NCBI GenBank assembly: GCA_963810965.1
Contig: CAWEPT010000005.1
Span: 12,244-76,243 of the forward strand
DNA: 64,000 nt
Source: an uncultured delta proteobacterium
Lineage (GTDB): Bacteria; Desulfobacterota; Syntrophia; Syntrophales; UBA2192
Direction: 5' to 3'
The position numbers and the translations under genes are program-made. The notes below the pieces were generated by a model. That model was not told the DNA's origin and ran no database searches. It saw only the letters and a program-made list of their open reading frames with translations. This document shows, piece after piece, positions 39,678 through 48,736 of the stretch (the first letter of the stretch is position 1; each line of letters starts with the position of its first letter).

Positions 39678-40391
39678 ATGATGTACGGTGTAAACACGGC
39701 AGTCAGTGCCGCCGTCAAGAAGCTTTCACAGAACGACTACGTGGTCCACAACATGGCAAACGCCAACACGCCGGGGTTCAAGGCCGAGCGGCTCATCTTT
39801 GTGCGCAGGCCCGAGACGGAACCCATGGCCGAGGACAGTTTCAGTCACGATCCCGTCGTCCTCATCGACCACTCGCCGGGGACGCTGCAGAAGAGCGGCA
39901 ACCCGCTCGATGTGGCCATCCAGGGCGAGGGGTTCTTCGTCATCGAGACGAAAGACGGCGAGCGCTACACCCGCAACGGCAGCTTCACCCTCAATCAGAA
40001 CGGCGAGATGGTGACCCAGTCCGGCGATGCCGTGATGGGCGAGGGGGGCCGGATCACCATTTCCGGGAGAAAAGTCGAGATCTCGAACGCGGGGGCCGTC
40101 AGCGTCGACGGCAGCGAGGTGGGCAAGCTCAAGATCGTCGACTTCAAGAAGAAGGACGCACTCGTGAAGCGGGGAAATGGCTTTTTCGAAGCTTCCGGCA
40201 AGGCCGAGCAGGCCGCGGTGGAAACCCCGGATGTCCGCTCGGGCTACCTCGAGACGTCCAATGTCCAGGCCATGAAGGAGATGGTCGAGATGATCGACAT
40301 CCAGCGCTCCTTCGAGGCCTATCTCAAGGTCATGCAGACGATCAGCGAGCAGGACCGGATGTCGACGAACCGCATCGGCAAAATATTTTAG
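39678..40391 (+). CDS. flgF: flagellar basal-body rod protein FlgF
   Basis: HNMANANTPGFKAERLIF...GEGFFVIETKDGERYTRNGSF...VQAMKEMVEMIDIQRSFEAY. Confidence 0.9.
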   Translation: MMYGVNTAVSAAVKKLSQNDYVVHNMANANTPGFKAERLIFVRRPETEPMAEDSFSHDPVVLIDHSPGTLQKSGNPLDVAIQGEGFFVIETKDGERYTRNGSFTLNQNGEMVTQSGDAVMGEGGRITISGRKVEISNAGAVSVDGSEVGKLKIVDFKKKDALVKRGNGFFEASGKAEQAAVETPDVRSGYLETSNVQAMKEMVEMIDIQRSFEAYLKVMQTISEQDRMSTNRIGKIF

Positions 40392-40425
40392 GCTAAAGGC
40401 AAAAGGTAAAAGGCTAAAAGGTACG
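40389..40425 (+). repeat. tandem heptamer array AAGGNTA x5 running into the flgG RBS
   Basis: taggcta aaggcaa aaggtaa aaggcta aaaggta, then cgggaggagaaa-ATG. Confidence 0.8.
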
Positions 40426-40435
40426 GGAGGAGAAA

Positions 40436-41221
40436 ATGATCCGATCTTTATACACGGCGGCAACGGGCATGCTGGCCCAGCAGATCAACCAGGATGTCGT
40501 CGCCAACAACCTCGCGAACGTTCAGACCCCCGGATTCAAGAGTTCCCGGGCCGAGTTCCAGGACCTCATGTACCAGGTCAGCCGGCAGGCCGGCGTGGGG
40601 ACCACTTCCGGGACCGCCCTGCCCCTGGGCATGGAAGTGGGCCTGGGCTCCAAGCTCACGTCGATCCAGAAGTCCTTCACCCAGGGCGACTACCAGCAGA
40701 CGGGAAACCGCTTCGACTGGGCCATCGAGGGCGACGGCTTCTTCCAGGTCGATGACGGCAACGGAAAGACGCTCTACACCCGGGCGGGCAGCTGGAAGAT
40801 CAGCAAGGATTTGTTCCTCGTGAACTCCGAGGGCCTCAAGCTCACCCCCGAGGTCACCGTGCCCGCGGGGACGGTCACCTTCACCGTGGATGCCGGCGGC
40901 ACCTGGACGGCCAAGGACAAGGCCGGGACGACCCTCTCGACGGGCCGCCTCGAGCTGGCCAAGTTCGCCAACCCGGCGGGCCTCACGAACCTGGGCCGGA
41001 ACCTCTATGCCAAGACGGACGGCTCCGGCGAGCCCGTGACGGGCAACCCCGACACGGAAGGCTTCGGGACCATCTCCCAGACCTTCCTGGAGATGTCCAA
41101 CGTCAACGTCGTCGATGAAATGGTGCAGATGATCATCGGCCAGAGGGCCTACGAAATCAACTCCAAGGCCATCCAGACAGCTGACAACATGCTGCAGCTG
41201 GTGAACAACCTCAAGAGGTAA
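40436..41221 (+). CDS. flgG: flagellar distal rod protein FlgG
   Basis: MIRSLYTAATGMLAQQINQDVVANNLANVQTPGFK...EMSNVNVVDEMVQMIIGQRAYEINSK. Confidence 0.95.
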   Translation: MIRSLYTAATGMLAQQINQDVVANNLANVQTPGFKSSRAEFQDLMYQVSRQAGVGTTSGTALPLGMEVGLGSKLTSIQKSFTQGDYQQTGNRFDWAIEGDGFFQVDDGNGKTLYTRAGSWKISKDLFLVNSEGLKLTPEVTVPAGTVTFTVDAGGTWTAKDKAGTTLSTGRLELAKFANPAGLTNLGRNLYAKTDGSGEPVTGNPDTEGFGTISQTFLEMSNVNVVDEMVQMIIGQRAYEINSKAIQTADNMLQLVNNLKR

Positions 41222-41227
41222 GAAGCG

Positions 41228-41953
41228 ATGAAACGGCACATCGTCCCCTGCGCACTCGCGGTATTCGTGATCCTCATCGTGCTTACGGCCGGTCTGGCCC
41301 CCGTCTGCGAGGCCTCCGCAACCGGCGAGACGGCGATCAAGGAGGCCGTGAGAAAACACATCGAGGACAATGCAACCTGGCCGAAGGACCGGATCCGCGT
41401 CGAGTTCCTCGGCCCCATGCCCGAAGTGGCCATCCCTGCGGGGAATGCGAACCTGCAGGTCCGCAGCCGCGCCGGTGAGCACTACATCGGGCGCACCTCC
41501 TTTGCGGTCCGCTTCTGCAAGGGCGACACCTTTGTCCGCGAAGAGACGATCCGCGTGAGGGTCGAGGTGCTCACCGACGTCGTGGCCAGCACCCACGGCA
41601 TCCCCCGCGACCACATCATCGGGCCGGGCGACGTGACGGTGACGAGCAAGTGGATGGACACGGCCACGACGGGGGTCCTGACGGACGCAGGCGAGGCCGT
41701 GGGCAAGAAGGCCGCCATGCGGCTCAACGCCGGCACGGAGATCACGAGGCAGATGCTGCGCTCGGTGCCTGTCGTGAAGAAGGGCGAGGTGGTTCGCGTC
41801 GTCCTGGAGAGCGGTCCCATGGTCATTTCGACCGTAGGCCTGTGCCAGGAGGATGGAGGCCAGGGGGATCTCGTCCGCGTCCAGAACCTTTCGTCGAAGA
41901 AGATCATCTTCGCCAGGGTGATGGCGGCGTCCCTGGTCCGTGTCGATTTCTAG
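41228..41953 (+). CDS. flgA: flagellar P-ring assembly chaperone FlgA
   Basis: Signal peptide, SAF/FlgA C-terminus KKGEVVRVVLESGPMVISTVGLCQEDGGQGDLVRVQNLSSKKIIFARV. Confidence 0.88.
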   Translation: MKRHIVPCALAVFVILIVLTAGLAPVCEASATGETAIKEAVRKHIEDNATWPKDRIRVEFLGPMPEVAIPAGNANLQVRSRAGEHYIGRTSFAVRFCKGDTFVREETIRVRVEVLTDVVASTHGIPRDHIIGPGDVTVTSKWMDTATTGVLTDAGEAVGKKAAMRLNAGTEITRQMLRSVPVVKKGEVVRVVLESGPMVISTVGLCQEDGGQGDLVRVQNLSSKKIIFARVMAASLVRVDF

Positions 41954-42076
41954 GAGGCTGTTGAAACATGCCCATTCGCTGCGTTGCCCTTGCCCATCGT
42001 CGCTCAACGTACGCTAAGTACGCCTCGCTCCTCGGGACGTCGGGCGCCTTGCGCCTGGACATGTTTGAACAGCCTC
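41954..42076. mobile_element. MITE/REP-like palindromic element in the flgA-flgH spacer
   Basis: 20-nt terminal inverted repeats GAGGCTGTTGAAACATGCCC (41954-41973) and GGACATGTTTGAACAGCCTC (42057-42076), 18/20 complementary. The interior is also partly self-complementary. No coding capacity. Confidence 0.55.
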
Positions 42077-42108
42077 AAGGCGGTAAGCGGTATTCTGAAA
42101 AACAAAGG

Positions 42109-42807
42109 ATGGGTTCGATCATGAAAACCTTCAAAGTCTCTCTGACGCTGACCCTGCTTCTCCTGCTCACGGGCTGCCTGGCCACGAGCTACGACGCCGC
42201 CATGAAGCGCGAGCCCGTTGTCATTCCACCTTCGCCTCCGGAGGCGAAGGCCACGCTCTCCCCCGGCTCCATCTGGCCGGGCGCGACGTCGAACAACCTG
42301 ATCTTCACCGACCGCAAGGCCCGCAACATCGGCGACATCGTGACGATCGTCGTTGACGAGAAGGCCGAGGGGGAAAACAACGCCAACACGGATACCAAGC
42401 GCCAGACATCGACGACGGCGGGGATCACCGGTTTCGTCCGATACGATCCGGACAAGCGCTACGTTTCCGGATACTCCCTGGGCGGCGCTTCGGACAGCTC
42501 GCTGAAGGGCGAGGGGAAGACCAACCGCGACGGCATCCTCAAGGGGAAGATCAGCGCCCGCGTCGTGAGGGTGCTCCCCAACGGCAACCTCATCATCGAG
42601 GGCCGGCGCATGCTGACGGTCAATTCGGAGGACCAGTTCATGGTGATCACCGGCCTGATCCGTCCCGACGACATTACGTCGGACAACCTGATCAACTCCC
42701 AGTACATCTCCGATGCCCGGATCGTCTATGCCGGCAAGGGGGTGGTGGACGACAAGATGCGGCCGGGCTGGATGACCCGGGTCGTGGACTGGGTGTGGCC
42801 GTTCTAG
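42109..42807 (+). CDS. flgH: flagellar L-ring lipoprotein FlgH
   Basis: ATG 42109 after AAAGGA (or 42121). Lipobox LLLTGC. DRKARNIGDIVTIVVDE...GNLIIEGRRMLTVNSEDQFMVITGLIRPDDI. The track start 41968 lies inside the palindromic element. Confidence 0.92.
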   Translation: MGSIMKTFKVSLTLTLLLLLTGCLATSYDAAMKREPVVIPPSPPEAKATLSPGSIWPGATSNNLIFTDRKARNIGDIVTIVVDEKAEGENNANTDTKRQTSTTAGITGFVRYDPDKRYVSGYSLGGASDSSLKGEGKTNRDGILKGKISARVVRVLPNGNLIIEGRRMLTVNSEDQFMVITGLIRPDDITSDNLINSQYISDARIVYAGKGVVDDKMRPGWMTRVVDWVWPF

Positions 42808-42819
42808 GCGCGAAGCGCC

Positions 42820-42885
42820 GGGTAGAGGGTAAAGGGTCCAGGGGGCAGGGAAAATACACAAGGGACAAGCAACAAGGCAAAGAAA
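42820..42885 (+). repeat. tandem heptamer array GGGTNNA x5 degenerating into NNACAAG units
   Basis: gggtaga gggtaaa gggtcca gggggca gggaaaa tacacaa gggacaa gcaacaa ggcaaag. Preceded by the hairpin GGCGC-gaa-GCGCC (42807-42819). Confidence 0.8.
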
Positions 42886-42890
42886 TTGCA
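42875..42890 (+). promoter_or_regulatory. weak sigma54 promoter candidate upstream of flgI
   Basis: AGGCAA-agaaa-TTGCA. Spacing is correct and the -12 element is perfect, but the -24 element is degenerate. Confidence 0.3.
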
Positions 42891-42920
42891 ATGATAGGTA
42901 ATTTGACGGTGGAGTTGAAG

Positions 42921-44105
42921 ATGAAACTGAATCGCATGCATAAAGGGATTTTGACAGGGGTCGCAATCGTTCTCATCGCCTGCCTGTGCCTGCCCGCTTC
43001 GGCCGGGGCGGCGCGTATCAAGGACATTTCCTCGATCGGCGGGATCCGGGACAACCAGCTCGTGGGCTACGGACTCGTGGTGGGCCTCATGAGCACCGGC
43101 GACAGCATCAAGAACGGCTACACCCGGGAGACCTTGTCCAACATGCTCTCCAGGCAGGGCCTCGCGATGCGCGACAAAGACCTCAAGTCGAACAACATCG
43201 CCGCCGTGATGATCACGGCCGTGCTGCCGCCTTTTGCGAAGACAGGCGCCAAGCTCGACGTCATGGTCTCCTCCGTCGGGGATGCCAAGAGCCTCCTGGG
43301 GGGCACGCTCCTCATGACGCCGCTCAGGGGCGCCGACAACGAGATCTACGCCGTGGCCCAGGGAGCCCTGACAATCGGCGGCTTCGTGGCCGGTGCGAAT
43401 TCGGCCTCGGGAAGCGTCAGCGGGAAGAACCACACGACCGTCGGCTATATCACCAACGGGGCCCTCATCGAGAAAGAGCTCCAGTACGACTTCGAGAAAA
43501 CCCGCCAGCTCACGGTGAACCTCTATCAGCCCGATTTCACGACACTCACCCGGCTGGCCTCGACGGTGAATTCCCGCATCGGCGATGTGGACGTGAAGCT
43601 CGTCGATTCGAGCTCCGCCCTGATCACCGTCAAGAATTCCTACAAGGGGAGCATCGTGAGCCTGCTCTCGGCCATCGAGAACCTCGACGTCTCCATCGAC
43701 ACCGCGGCCGTCGTCGTCCTCAACGAGAAGACGGGGACCGTCGTCATGGGAGAAAACGTAAGGATTTCAACGATCGCCGTGGCCCACGGGAACCTCAGCT
43801 TCCAGATCCGCGAGGATTTCAACGTTTCCCAGCCCCTGCCGTACGCCCCCCGCGGCACAGGCGGGGCTGTCGATGCGGGGCACGGTGTCACCATGGGATC
43901 CGGCGGCCAGACCGTCGTGACCCCGAGCACACAGATCAACGTTGCCGAGGAAAAGAAAGCCCTCATGGTCATGCCCAGGGGGGTCACCATCCAGGACGTG
44001 GTCCGGGGCCTCAACGCCATGGGCGTCACCCCCCGGGACCTGATCCAAATCTTGCAGACCATCAAGGCCGCAGGGTCCCTGCAGGCCGACCTGAAAGTGA
44101 TGTAG
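42921..44105 (+). CDS. flgI: flagellar P-ring protein FlgI
   Basis: ATG 42921 after GGTGGAG. Signal peptide ending ASAGAA. RIKDISSIGGIRDNQLVGYGLVVGL. Confidence 0.95.
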   Translation: MKLNRMHKGILTGVAIVLIACLCLPASAGAARIKDISSIGGIRDNQLVGYGLVVGLMSTGDSIKNGYTRETLSNMLSRQGLAMRDKDLKSNNIAAVMITAVLPPFAKTGAKLDVMVSSVGDAKSLLGGTLLMTPLRGADNEIYAVAQGALTIGGFVAGANSASGSVSGKNHTTVGYITNGALIEKELQYDFEKTRQLTVNLYQPDFTTLTRLASTVNSRIGDVDVKLVDSSSALITVKNSYKGSIVSLLSAIENLDVSIDTAAVVVLNEKTGTVVMGENVRISTIAVAHGNLSFQIREDFNVSQPLPYAPRGTGGAVDAGHGVTMGSGGQTVVTPSTQINVAEEKKALMVMPRGVTIQDVVRGLNAMGVTPRDLIQILQTIKAAGSLQADLKVM

Positions 44106-44115
44106 GAGAACGGAA

Positions 44116-44508
44116 ATGGAAGAAATCCGGCATATCCCGCCCCTGGCGACGCAGAGCCTGGCCAAGATGTCGGCCAGGGCCGGTGCCGCCTCGACGGAGG
44201 ATGAGGAGAAGGATCGGAAGCTGAGGAAATCCTGCGCCGATTTCGAAGCATTATTCATAAGTTACATATTTCAGACCATGCGAAAGACGATCCCCGAGAG
44301 CCAGAATACAACCAAGATGCCGGGGAAGGACACCTACACGATGATCATGGATCACAAGCTCTCCGAGGACCTGGCCCGCCGGGGCGGTATCGGGCTGCAG
44401 AAGGTCCTTTACAACCAGCTGAAGCGTCCCGAGGGGGCCGTGAAGCCGGATGAGGGCGGCGGGGCCGAAACCGACCCTGCCATGAAAAAAACACTAAAGG
44501 CCGACTAG
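44116..44508 (+). CDS. flgJ: rod-binding protein (FlgJ N-terminal domain only, no muramidase)
   Basis: KLRKSCADFEALFISYIFQTMRKTIP...GGIGLQKVLYNQL, 130 aa. Confidence 0.8.
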   Translation: MEEIRHIPPLATQSLAKMSARAGAASTEDEEKDRKLRKSCADFEALFISYIFQTMRKTIPESQNTTKMPGKDTYTMIMDHKLSEDLARRGGIGLQKVLYNQLKRPEGAVKPDEGGGAETDPAMKKTLKAD

Positions 44509-44522
44509 GGTTTTGCCGATAG
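44495..44522 (+). promoter_or_regulatory. sigma28 (FliA) promoter of flgM
   Basis: TAAAGGCC-N12-GCCGATAG overlapping the flgJ-like stop codon. Confidence 0.65.
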
Positions 44523-44552
44523 GTGTGTTAAGATTCCAACAAGGAGTACGAC

Positions 44553-44864
44553 ATGAAGATTTCCAAGGTAGACGACGCCACTCTCCAGATGATCCAGCAG
44601 TACCAGAAGACCGAGAAGGTCGAGGACCGCGCACCGGAGAAGGCCGCTTCCGCCAGCAATCTCGTACCCGAGGAAAAGGTGAATCTTTCCACCACGGCAA
44701 AGGACGTACAGAACCTGAAGAACGCCATCTCGAAACTTCCCGATGTCCGGGAGGAGAAGGTCCAGGCGCTGAAGGACCAGATCGAGAAGGGCACCTATCG
44801 GGTGGATGCGGACAAGGTTGCCGACAAGATGGTGGGAGAGTCACTGATCGATCTCCTCTCCTGA
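44553..44864 (+). CDS. flgM: anti-sigma28 factor FlgM
   Basis: 103 aa. C-terminal VREEKVQALKDQIEKGTYRVDADKVADKMV is the FlgM signature. Confidence 0.88.
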   Translation: MKISKVDDATLQMIQQYQKTEKVEDRAPEKAASASNLVPEEKVNLSTTAKDVQNLKNAISKLPDVREEKVQALKDQIEKGTYRVDADKVADKMVGESLIDLLS

Positions 44865-44946
44865 CCATCCAGGCGGTGTTCCCGCCGTTTTGTCTCCCCG
44901 GAACTTTGCCCAGTCCTGTCCCCGTAGGCCCGTGTCGGAACTGAAA

Positions 44947-44978
44947 CGGGTGGGAAGCGATTTACGGCTTCCCACCCG
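44947..44978 (+). terminator. strong hairpin after flgM (no U-tract)
   Basis: 12-bp stem CGGGTGGGAAGC / GCTTCCCACCCG with an 8-nt loop. Confidence 0.45.
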
Positions 44979-45033
44979 CTAATCCCGTCGCCGGGTTTGC
45001 CCCCGGGACCGTCACTCGCGGAAGAGGTGTATC

Positions 45034-45585
45034 ATGCTGAGCTGCAACACACAGGGGATGAACGAAGTGGACGTGAATGCCGATCTGGATGGCCACCTGG
45101 ACTCTCTGCTGGGCGTGATGAGAAAGGAAATCGAAGCCTACAGGGAACTTGCAGATGCCATTGAAGGCGAAAAAGGGGTCCTGGCGAAACCCTCTCTGGA
45201 GAGCCTCAACGAGAGCAACACCCGGAAGGAAACCTGCATCCTCAAGATCAGGATCCTGGAAGAGCTCCGGACGAGGGTCCTCGGGAGGATCGCCGCCGCT
45301 CTCGGGCTCGATGAGCGCAACCTCCATCTGCAGAGTCTCCTGCCCCATGCGAAGGCGGGTCTCCGCCAGGCCCTCCGGGAATGCCAGACGGAGCTTCGCT
45401 CCCTGCTGGCCCGCATCAACGAGGAAAACCGCCGGAACCGGGCCCTGCTCGATGCGTCCCTGTCGGGTGTCCGCACCACCCGCCATTTCATGGAGAATCT
45501 CATCGGCAGCGGTTCGACGTACATGGGTTCGGGGGAGTTGAACAACGGCGGCCTGAGCGGCCGGATCTATTCGGAGAGAGGGTGA
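45034..45585 (+). CDS. flgN: FlgN-family export chaperone
   Basis: Helical protein LDSLLGVMRKEIEAYRELADAIEGEKGVL...ENRRNRALLDASL. Position before flgK. The start may be ATG 45058. Confidence 0.7.
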   Translation: MLSCNTQGMNEVDVNADLDGHLDSLLGVMRKEIEAYRELADAIEGEKGVLAKPSLESLNESNTRKETCILKIRILEELRTRVLGRIAAALGLDERNLHLQSLLPHAKAGLRQALRECQTELRSLLARINEENRRNRALLDASLSGVRTTRHFMENLIGSGSTYMGSGELNNGGLSGRIYSERG

Positions 45586-45589
45586 AACC

Positions 45590-46973
45590 ATGTCCGGAAT
45601 CTACCAGATCCTGAATACGGCAAAGGACGCCTTTCTCGCCAGCCAGATCTCCATGGAGGTGACGGGCTCGAACATCGCCAACGCCTCGACGCCCGGCTAC
45701 GTCCGGCAGCGGGCCGTTCTCGCTGCGAAGAGCCCCGGCGAGGTCGCCGGGAACGCGACGCAGTCCGGTGTGGAGATCACGACCATCGAGCGGCTCTACG
45801 ACCGCTTTATCGAGTTCCAGATGGTCGATCAGTCCTCGCAGGTGGGCGATGCCTCGATCCGCAAGGAAACCTTCGACCGTATCGAGGCCATCTTCAACGA
45901 GACCGACGGGGGCGGCCTCAACGATCTGCTGAACCAGTTCTGGACGGCCTGGGAGGACCTGTCGGCAAACCCCACGGGCCAGGTGGAGCGGACGGCCCTG
46001 GCGAACGCCGCAGACAGCCTGGCCACGATGTTTCGCGAGTACGCGGGCGAGCTCTACAGCATCCAGACCGACCTGAACGTACAGATCGAGGCATCGGTTA
46101 CCCAGCTCAACGGCTACCTCTCCGACATCGCCGACCTGAACGACAAGATCGTCCAGGGGGTCAGCGGCGGCGTGAACGTCAACAACCTCCTGGACCAGCG
46201 CTCGGAGCTGCTCAAGAAAACGGCCGGACTCATCGATATCCAGTATGTGGAGGAAACGGGCGGAGCCGTCAACGTCTTCACGGCCGACGGCAGGGCCCTC
46301 GTCCAGGGGAACTCGTCCTGGCAGCTCGCTGTCCGGGACAACGGCGCGGGCCTCTACGACGTCGTGTACGCAGACAACCCGACCGTTCCCATCAACGATG
46401 CCATCGGCGGCGGGAAGCTCTCGGGGATGCTCGGCATGAGGGACACGACCGTGGCGGGCTACCTGGCCGAGCTCGACGATCTCGCCGGGACGCTGATCAA
46501 CACCGTGAACGCCCAGCACGCCTTGGGCTACGACAACTACCGGAACGTGGGCGGGAACTTCTTCGAGCCCCTCGGCTCCACGGGGGCCCGGGACATGCAG
46601 GTGGCCGCCGCCATCCTGGACGATCCGAATCGAATCGCCGCGGCGGCGACCGTCAATGCCGACGGCGACAACGCCCGGGCGATCATGCCTCATCAAGGAC
46701 CAGGGCCTCATGAGCGGCGGCCTGTCCACCCTGGGGGACTTCTACGCCGCGCTGGTGGGGCAGATCGGCCAGGACGTCGCCGAAGCGGGACGGACGGCGA
46801 CCCACGAGGCGAGCGTCATGACCCAGATGACGAACGCCCAGGAGCAGCGCTCCGGCGTATCCACCGACGAGGAGATGATGAACCTCATCAAGTTCCAGAT
46901 GGGCTATTCGGCGGCGGCCAAGCTGGCCAGCGCGGCCGACGAGATGCTCCAGTCCCTCCTGGAGCTGGTGTAA
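45590..46973 (+). pseudogene. flgK: hook-associated protein 1 FlgK, one frame break
   Basis: Fragments 45590..~46690 and 46656..46973. N-terminus ILNTAKDAFLASQISMEVTGSNIANASTPGY. C-terminus SGVSTDEEMMNLIKFQMGYSAAAKLASAADEMLQSLLELV is in the +1 frame. There is an extra base at CC 46688-46689. Confidence 0.88.
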
Positions 46974-47030
46974 CGACCACGCGCCCTCCGCCGGGCCACC
47001 CCTCGACGGCGGGCTGAAGAGGTGTCTTTC

Positions 47031-48545
47031 ATGCTGACGCGCATCACCAACAACATGCGGTTCACGACGATCGTCGACAACCTGAACCGGGCGCAGAACA
47101 ACTACAGCTCGCTGATGGAGCAGATGTCGTCCCAGAAGAAGATCAACCGGCCCTCGGACGATCCCGTGGGGGCGACGCGCGTTCTGGACTACCGGAGCGC
47201 GCGAGACTCCATCGCCCAGTACGGCCGCAACATCGAAAACGCCAATGCGTGGCTGCAACTCACGGAAACCAAGCTGGAAAACATCGGCGATCTCATCGGC
47301 CAGGCCCGCGAGGCCGGGGTCAACAACCAGTCCTCGGCGACCGCGCAGGTCCTCGCCCAGAACGTGGGATCGCTGCTGGAGGAGATCCTCTCGCTGGCGA
47401 ATTCGAAGTTCGGCGACCGCTATCTCTTCTCGGGGTCCGCAACCGACTCGGCCCCCTTTGAGCGGATCATCCAGCCCGTAGCCCATTCGGCAAACAGCTT
47501 TGACGGTTCCGTCTACACGGGCGGGACCTACACGGGGACGGCGGACAAGTCCTACACCGTGCGGATCGCGGGCAGCGGCGCTTTCGGCACGGCCACCTAT
47601 GAGGTCTCCGACGACGGCGGGGCGACCTGGAGCGCCGCGGCCACCGTTCCCGCATCGGGGACCGTGAGCCTCGGCGACGGCCTGACGGTCCGCTTCGGTG
47701 ACGACGGCGCCACAAACCTCACGGCGGGAGATCTTTTTTACGTAAACGCCTACACCGGCGGCCGGAGCACGGACGCCCGCATCGACACGCCCGAGGCCGC
47801 CGCGAACAACGGCTTTGCGGGGACCGTGGCGCTCGACGCCTCGAGCGGGACCTACGGCGGCGACCGGAACCGGACTTACGCGGTGAAATTCGTCAGCGGC
47901 GGCGGTGCCGTCGGGGATGCCGATTACCGGGTTTCCTCCGACGGCGGAAAGACCTGGGGTGCCATCCAGACGGCCTCCTGGGGCAGCACGATCACCGTGG
48001 ACAACACGGTGGGACACGAAATCGTGCTCTCGCTGACGGCGTCGGGGCCGACGGATCCGCTTGCCGACAATGATCTTTTCTTCGTGAACGCCAGCGCCCC
48101 GGGGGTCTACAGCGGAAACGGCGAGGATCTCTCCATCGCCACGGGCCGCGGGAGCCGCATGACCTACAATGTCACGGGGGAGGAGGCCTTCACGGACCGG
48201 GGCAGGGGAGCCGTGGATCTCTTCGCGGCGCTGGAGTCCCTGAAAACGGCCCTGGAGAACGGGGACCGGGAGGGCGTCAATGCCCAGGTCGACCGCCTCA
48301 CCACCGCCCAGGACAGCATCCGGCAGTACGTGGCCGAGAGCGGGGCCCGGATGAGCAGCCTCAATATCTCCAAGGAGAACTACCAGGTTCTCGACAACAA
48401 GATCAGCGGCCTGCTGTCCGAGACGGAGGACGTCGATCTCGAGCAGATCATCGTCGAGTTCAAGATGCAGGAGACGGCCCTGCAGGCTTCCTACGCCATG
48501 TCGGTCCAGATCGGAAAGCTGTCGATCCTGGACTACCTGGGTTAG
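47031..48545 (+). CDS. flgL: hook-associated protein 3 FlgL with enlarged central domain
   Basis: MLTRITNNMRFTTIVDNLNRAQNNYSSLMEQMSSQKKINRPSDDP...IVEFKMQETALQASYAMSVQIGKLSILDYL. The track start is GTG 47022. Confidence 0.9.
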   Translation: MLTRITNNMRFTTIVDNLNRAQNNYSSLMEQMSSQKKINRPSDDPVGATRVLDYRSARDSIAQYGRNIENANAWLQLTETKLENIGDLIGQAREAGVNNQSSATAQVLAQNVGSLLEEILSLANSKFGDRYLFSGSATDSAPFERIIQPVAHSANSFDGSVYTGGTYTGTADKSYTVRIAGSGAFGTATYEVSDDGGATWSAAATVPASGTVSLGDGLTVRFGDDGATNLTAGDLFYVNAYTGGRSTDARIDTPEAAANNGFAGTVALDASSGTYGGDRNRTYAVKFVSGGGAVGDADYRVSSDGGKTWGAIQTASWGSTITVDNTVGHEIVLSLTASGPTDPLADNDLFFVNASAPGVYSGNGEDLSIATGRGSRMTYNVTGEEAFTDRGRGAVDLFAALESLKTALENGDREGVNAQVDRLTTAQDSIRQYVAESGARMSSLNISKENYQVLDNKISGLLSETEDVDLEQIIVEFKMQETALQASYAMSVQIGKLSILDYLG

Positions 48546-48552
48546 AAAGGTC

Positions 48553-48580
48553 TCAAGTTTTCTGGAAAACGGGTCGATAT
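48553..48580 (+). promoter_or_regulatory. sigma28 (FliA) promoter of the flagellin gene
   Basis: TCAAGTTT-N12-GTCGATAT. Leaves a ~150-nt leader before ATG 48737. Confidence 0.6.
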
Positions 48581-48736
48581 ACAGCAGTGAAAGGGCAACG
48601 AAATCCGGAAAGGAGGTGGAAAGTCAGGGCGGATTCGATCCCGCCAAGCAGGGTTTCATCTCAACGAGATCCCGACGCTCTTTCAGACCCGCCGGCAAGA
48701 ATGCCGGTCAAAAATCCAGAAAAGGAGACTTGAATC

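Noticed and set aside
41968-42108. N-terminal 47-codon extension of flgH (MPIRCVALAHRR...) given by the ORF track.
   Set aside because: It is the translation of the palindromic element. The lipoprotein signal peptide and an RBS start at 42109/42121.
44864-45034. C-rich flgM-flgN spacer as another heptamer array.
   Set aside because: CCC runs are spaced irregularly (15, 13, 11 and 9 nt). No repeat unit could be defined.
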